Assembly (NCBI RefSeq): GCF_947568905.1 | Contig: NC_079167.1 | Span: 61,690,001 to 61,754,000, forward strand | Reading direction: 5' to 3' | DNA from: Ostrea edulis | Taxonomy: Eukaryota | DNA: 64,000 bases | In this document: positions 57,543 to 64,000 of the stretch, piece after piece | Position numbering within the stretch: position 1 is the first letter of the stretch | Layout of the letters: each line of letters begins with the position of its first letter | Position numbers and translations under genes: made by a program | The notes under the pieces: model-generated | Told to the model about the DNA's origin: nothing | The model's input: the letters and a program-made list of their open reading frames with translations, nothing else | The model's database searches: none

Positions 57543-60392
57543 TCTGGCGCTCCAGCTGCTTTTCAAACCTTCATGAATGACTGCCTAGAGGGGATAAGGG
57601 ATCGGTTTTGCCTGCCTTATCTGGACGACACTCTAGTTTACTCATCCACGATTGAGCAGCACTTGTCACATCTAGAACAGGTTTTCCAGCGTTTCCGAGA
57701 GAGAGGGGTAAAACTGAAACCTTCCAAGTGTCATCTGTTTAAGCAGGAGGTGAGGTACTTGGGTCATTTAGCTACTGGTGAGGGCTACACTATGGACCCA
57801 GAGGACAAAAGAGCAGTTTTGATGCTAAAAGAGAGGAAACCGACTTGTATTGGAGATATGAGAAAACTTCTTGGATTTCTAGGGTTCTATCGGAAGTATA
57901 TACCAGACTTTGCACGTCGTGCCCGACTACTTTATGACTTAGTAAAGAATCCAAAAATCAAGAATCCTCTTGCAGGCAAAGGAAAGTCGAGGGTAAAGAT
58001 GAAGAATGGACAAGTATCTTCCCAGGTGAAGATCAGCTGGACGAGAGCCCACCAAGAGGCATTGAGTGACCTTGTGGATGCTCTTACAAACCCACCTGTC
58101 ATGGCTTATCCACTTTTTGACAAACCATTTGATCTACATGTGGATGCATCAGGAGAAGGATTAGGGGCCATACTCTACCAGAGGGATGACCAAGGGATAC
58201 CTCGAGTGGTTGCTTACGCTTCAAGAACACTGTCACCAGCGGAGAAAAACTACCACATGCACTCAGGAAAACTAGAGTTTTTGGCCATGAAGTGGGCTAT
58301 AGCCGATCGCTTTCGTGACTATCTGTATTATGCTCCACACTTCACAGTGTACAGTGATAACAATCCATTGTGCTATGTTCTCACCACACCTAGGCTAGAT
58401 GCCACTCGACTTCGGTGGATTAGTGAACTAGCAGACTTCAATTTTTCTGTGAAGTATAAACCAGGGCCAAGGAATAGGGATGCAGATGGACTGAGCCGTA
58501 TGTCTCTAGATTTTACCACCCTACAATCTGAGTGTACCATGGAGTCTACAAAGGATGAAGTAGAGGCTACAGTTAAAATGGTGGAAGCTCGTACCAGTAA
58601 CAAGCTGCAAGGATTTGTTTCACCTGTATGTCCAACACCAGAGTCCACTTCTAATGTACCTGATGATGTCAAGGTCAGCCATGAAGCTCTGCTAACAGCA
58701 CAAGAAAAGGATGAAACTATTTCATTGGTGATTAAGCTAGTAACAAAAGGGAAACAACCTAGTGCAAGAGAAAAGAAATCCTTCTCTGTTCAAGAAAAAC
58801 AACTGTTACGGAGCTGGAAGAAACTCTACATTGATGATCAAGGACTTCTAAAGCGCCGTGTTAAATTACTCACTGGCGAGATCAAACATCAAGTTGTCCT
58901 CCCACCTAGGTATAGGGATTATGTGTATGATGAACTCCACGCTAAGATGGGACATTTAGGAACTGACAGGGTTGTCGCACTTGCCCAGGAGCGATTTTAT
59001 TGGCCGCGGATGGCATCTGATATAGCAGAGTTTATACAAAAAAGGTGTCCATGTATCAAGGATCGAAAACCAAATGTTAAGCCGGTTGCACCTCTCGAGC
59101 CAATAATAACAACCTACCCTTTTGAGATGGTATCGATAGACTTCCTGCATTTGGAATCGTGCAGTGGCGGATACGAGTATATTCTGGTCGTGGTAGACCA
59201 TTTCACACGCTTTGCAACCGCTTACCCTACTAGGAACAAATCTGGACGCACTGCTGCCGAGAAAATGTTCAACGATTTCTTCATGCGGTTTGGGTTTCCT
59301 GATAGATTGCACCATGATCAGGGTCGGGAGTTTGAAAACAGTTTCTTTTCTAGATTACAGACCTTAACTGGGGTGAAACATTCTAGAACCACACCCTACC
59401 ATCCCCAAGGTAATGGTCAAACAGAGAGACTGAACCGTACACTGCTTGGTATGTTAAGAACTCTACCTAAAGATCACAAGCGCAATTGGAAGAATCATCT
59501 TAACAAGATGACCCATGCATACAATTGTACGAGGAATGACAGCACAGGATATTCTCCTTTCTATCTGGTATTTGGTCGTCATCCAAGATTACCAATAGAC
59601 CTCATATTTGGACTGGATGATCAGTTAACAGCGAAGAAATCAGACTGGGTGACTGAGTGGAGAAATAGATTAGAAGAAGCTTATCGAATAGCAGCTAAAA
59701 CTGCAAGCAAAGCCAGTCAGCGTGCAAAGGATCGCTATGATAAGAAACCTCAAAGTGCTGCATTAGTCAAAGGGGATCGTGTTCTTGTAAGGAATCTATT
59801 GGAACGTGGTGGTCCTGGAAAACTGAGGTCTTACTGGGAATCTGAAGTTCACACAGTACTACGACGAATAGGAGATTTACCAGTCTATGAAGTCCAAGCA
59901 GAGGGCAACAGAGGGCGACTGCGTCGACTTCATCGTAATTTGTTATTACCGTGCAATGACCTACCTGTGATTGTAAAACCACAACCGAAGCGCAAAACAA
60001 GAAGTAAGATAACACATGGTCAGTCACCAAAAGAATTGTCGAGCGACTCCTCCGATTCTGATGAGGTGTGTTGGGGGCATCAGTCTGAAGCAGCAAGAAG
60101 CGATCCTAGACTAAATCCTACAGCAAAAGAGTTTGTGCCAATCACTCAGCAAGAAACATCCACAGTTACCACAGAAAGTTCCTCACAGTCGTCAATATTG
60201 ACTGAGAGCTCGCAAGGTCCTTCGAGTGAAGAGTTTATCTCGGTTTCAGATGATGATGGGGATCTACCTACCGGTCGACCTGCTCGTGTCATCCGACCTC
60301 CAAGAACCCTGACATATGATAAACCTGGAGAACCAACGATCCGTGCAGTTCAGAACAGTGTCAATACATATCTACACCCAATATATGTATAA
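57532..60392 (+). CDS. N-terminally truncated Gypsy Pol (RT C-half, RNase H, integrase, tail), open for about 950 codons
   Basis: FGLSGAP, YLDD, DASG, KLEFLA, DNNPL, DADGLSR; HHCC zinc finger; IDF/DQG/E core; GGPGKLRSYW. No gag, protease or usable start codon. Confidence 0.85.
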
Positions 60393-63169
60393 ACTCTAAG
60401 GAATGAATCTTATCTATTTTGTTAATATGATGTCAAAATATGTACATCTCATGCCAGCATTTATACGTTATGACGGGGTTTTAAGTTAAGAGTTAGTCAA
60501 AGTTAAATGTAAGGTGTAAGGTTGATTTGTTGTTTCGTCGGAGTCAGAGTAGATGTAATGTGTGTGGTATGATTTTGTATTAAAATGCTAGTCATTTTTA
60601 TTTTTGACATTGTTGAAAACCACTGTATGAAAACTCTTTATATTTACCATCTTAACATTTCGTTAAGGAACACAAATGCTTGGCCAGCTATGTGTTAGAT
60701 TTTGCATTCATGGAATGTATGTAGATTGTGAAGTATACTTATGGTATACAGTACTCTCATGATGAGATTTATTTAGTGGTAAACAACAGTATTGTTCTGA
60801 ATAGTTCATGTATCCTACTTGGAAAACTTTTATTTTTGCAAGTGCATGCAAGTAGATATCATTCATTAATATTTAATGTTCTAGTCTCAATCTGATCTAG
60901 TCAAAAGAAAAATGATTTCTGTGTTTTTTGTTAAATGTCGGGACGACATTTGTTGTTCGGGGGGAGAGTGTTACGTGTGGTATTGCGGGGGGTACCAAAT
61001 TTTTATTATGGGCGAAGAGCGATAACTCTATTTTCTTTTTATCGACTGTTTCACTGAACTCTTTTTCGCCAGAAGTTAGAATCTGGTGCCCTGCAGACAA
61101 TAAAGTTGTATAGACTATTACACTCTTTTCTCCAGGTAATTATTTTAGATTATCACACTTGTATGCTATGTATATCACCAAGGGTATTATTTGAGATCCA
61201 GTTAATATGTTTATTATCATTATATGTTAGGTCACACAATTATTTACTTGAATTATGAAAGTTACTTGTTTCGGTCAAGCACATGTGAAGCACATGTTCC
61301 CGCCATTTGTATTTTTCTATATTTTTCCATTTTGAATAGGAATGCAGTGTTAACATTTATCTATAATGCATAAGATGCCATTAAGTGTTAGGTTGTTTAT
61401 GCATAAGGAATTGTTATCATGCTTTATACACTTTTATGAATGAATTATGGAATTACCGTATATGTTCATATAAACTTCATACCATTTTATTACACTATAT
61501 CATGTACTTGTAAAATTACCGTAGTTCCTCTAGTAAACACAAAATTTGTAAACTTTGCCAGAAGTTAGAATCTGGTGCCCTGCAGACAATAAAGTTGTAT
61601 AGACTATTACACTCTTTTCTCCAGGTCAAGTGGCAAGTGTAACAGTAAGATAGTGGTTTAAAAAGAAAAAGTAAATAATATTGTTTTTATTGTCTATGAT
61701 TTAATTGCTAGTATGAATAAATGCGAATCATGATCACACTGTACCAGTTTAATTCAAAACAAAGTTGTGACTCGAATTTCCTCTATTGTGTTTTTTAGTA
61801 TCGAAAAGCCATCATCTATGTCAATGAAATATTTTTATGTAGGTGTTGAAATGCTTAGGTATTTAGTTTTAATTTTTTGCGCAATTACTTATGAATTATG
61901 AATTTAAAGCAGATTTTCGACATAGTTTGTGGTCAGAATAATCCAAGCCCCACGACTAATTTTCATTTGTAATTAAATGAGCACAAAGCACAACTAACCA
62001 ATCCAATAAACTTATCATGGTTATGTAACACTAACCTGACTAAGAAGATAGGTGCCTGTTTTTGACCGACTCAGGTTTACATTTCTAGGTAAACATCATA
62101 TCTATAGATATATCTAGTGTTTTTCAATGATGATCAGACATTCAGTATTTGAAAAGTGGATAATTTATGTTGAATTAATGTTATTTAGAGGTCAAAGGGC
62201 AAGTATTATGACATCATTTACTGATCCTTTTAATTCTTTCTGCATTGAATTTGTCAATTCTCCAAAACATCCCAATTTCCCTCATTGTGATACATTTTAA
62301 TCTGTGATCCATTTCAATCAGTCTGTTGATTTTTTTGTTGGATTTGAATTATACATTTTTTTTCGAAGTAATCTGTAGAGTAGCATAATTTCATGTGAAT
62401 TTGCAATTTTTGAGCTACGTCTGTTCTTTAATAACATCAGGTTGCACTCAAATACAGTGGCAAATCTATACCTTACTGTGGGGTTTGGGGGGAGGTTAAC
62501 CCATTTAAAATGAATGACTTAAAATGGTGCATTTTAATGCATTTCTTCCCTTCATTTGTAGTCACCACATCTTTTATATGTTTGGGTGTGGTAAAACAGA
62601 AAAGAAATATGCTGGTGTGACGTGTTGTCAGTATATTTTTCTGAATTAAAGTAACAGAAAAGCAGTTTTCGAAATTCGTTTAAAACTTAGTACAGACTGG
62701 GTTTATGCCAAAACTAGATGACATAGACCTCATCGAATTGGCATAGATCGCAACATTGAAAAAAATAACACAAATTTAAAACATTTTTATTGACTTTTAA
62801 AGTATTTATAAAGCATATTTTCTTTCCATTTCCAAAAAAGTGTTCTCTTTTCCTCATAACGTTTATCAGACGTTGACTTTTGGGATAACTCAATTGCTTT
62901 AAACTAAGAAAATTAACATACACATTTTGTTATATCCCAATTACAATTGTTATAGACCAGTGCCATTTGACATAGACTCGGTCTATGGTTAATTTCAAAC
63001 ACCAAGAAACGTCCTAAAGGTCAGTTATAAAACAGCATCACACATATTTGTAATATATCAACAAGTAATTTTGAAACAGTGCACTTTCTAATGTTGACTG
63101 TCTGGTATCACCCTCATCTTACTGGAGTTTGATAGGCTATATATCAAAATATCAAAACCGGCTGAAACC

Positions 63170-63990
63170 TCAAGTGAACTTTTATGATCACCTGTTGTCC
63201 GTTGTCTGTCTAAACTTTTTACATTTTCGACTTCTTCTCCAGAACCACTAAGCTAATTTCAACCAAACTTGGCCCAAAGCATCCTTGGGTAAAGGGCTTT
63301 CAAGTTTGTTCAAATGAAGGGCCATGAGCCTTTCAAAGGGGAGATAATCATAAAAATGCAAAAATAGGGTGGGTTTCATTTAAAAATCTTCGAGAACCAC
63401 TGGGCCAAAAAAGCTAAAATTTACATTGAAGCTTCCTGGCATATTGCAGACTCAAATTTGTTCAAATCATGGCCCCCGGGTGTTGAATGGGACCACAGTA
63501 GGGGGTCAAAGTTTTACATACAAATATATAGAATAAATCTTTAAGAATCTTCTTCTCAAGAACCACTGAGCTAGAAAAGCAGAGATTTACATGAAAGCTT
63601 CCTGACATAGTTGCAGATTCAAGTTTGCTCAAATCATGGCCCCCGGGTGTTGAATGGGACACAATAGGGGATCAAAGTTTTACATACAAATACATAGGAA
63701 GAAACTGTAAAAATCTTTTTCTCAAGAACAGCAAAGTCATGATTATTCATAGTTATATGTAAGCATCTTCAAGTAATGAAGCAGTTTGCTCAAATCTTAA
63801 CCCTCCAGGGGTAAGTGAGGAATACAATTGGCAATGGGCAATTTAGTTTTAGATAGGAGGAATGAAGAAATTTGTTTACAAACAGTGATCAGTCTTATTA
63901 ATATGGGATCATTCTCAGGTATTGTAGATTCAAGCTTTTTCAAATCATGACCTCTGATTTCCTTAATTAAATAATTGCCAAAACCATAAC
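63170..63990. repeat. HINE with about 167-bp Cg170-like satellite units
   Basis: GAACCACT/TTCAAATCATGGCCCCCGGG units repeated at about 167-bp spacing after a (GTCT)n/(GTCC)n-type start; family name from recall. Confidence 0.65.
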
Positions 63991-64000
63991 ATTGTCAATC

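Larger units (their letters stand above)
56749..61644 (+). mobile_element. Young, internally deleted Gypsy/Ty3 LTR retrotransposon
   Basis: TGTTAC...GTAACA termini, 4-bp TSD GTAA (56745-56748, 61645-61648), PPT GGGGGGAGAG before the 3' LTR. The 5' LTR (56749-57358, truncated) and the 3' LTR (60969-61644) differ at one position in 610 bp (57176 C / 61396 T). Confidence 0.95.

Overview
AT-rich, intron-containing animal DNA. The repeat families and the HSP70/HSPA12 content suggest an oyster or other bivalve (inference). Five host genes can be rebuilt from splice signals and protein motifs: (1) DNAAF6/PIH1D3 on the minus strand (four coding exons, 4449-1500, 3' end outside the window); (2) an intronless cytosolic HSP70 (9164-11047); (3) a 12-exon LRRC74A-like LRR/EF-hand gene (15126-21934); (4, 5) two divergently oriented HSPA12-like genes (25675-22572 and 44124-51171). 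The rest is mostly transposons: at least 8 Penelope-like (probably Naiad) fragments, tRNA-derived SINEs, MITEs, Helentron/satellite-type repeats, a CR1/L2 fragment and three Gypsy elements. One assembly gap lies at 54524-54669. The most unusual observations are: a fold-back mariner derivative carrying a 93-bp copy of exon 2 of the neighbouring HSPA12, sitting antisense in an intron of the convergent gene; a very young Gypsy insertion with a deletion plus a microhomology-bounded RT inversion, a GT-AG-bounded duplication in its LTR and a PAM2-like motif in the Pol tail; an array of duplicated, stop-leading splice acceptors in HSPA12; and an in-frame 9x amplification of an RT motif in a Gmr1-like element. 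None is shown here to be functional. All calls were made by eye, without database searches.
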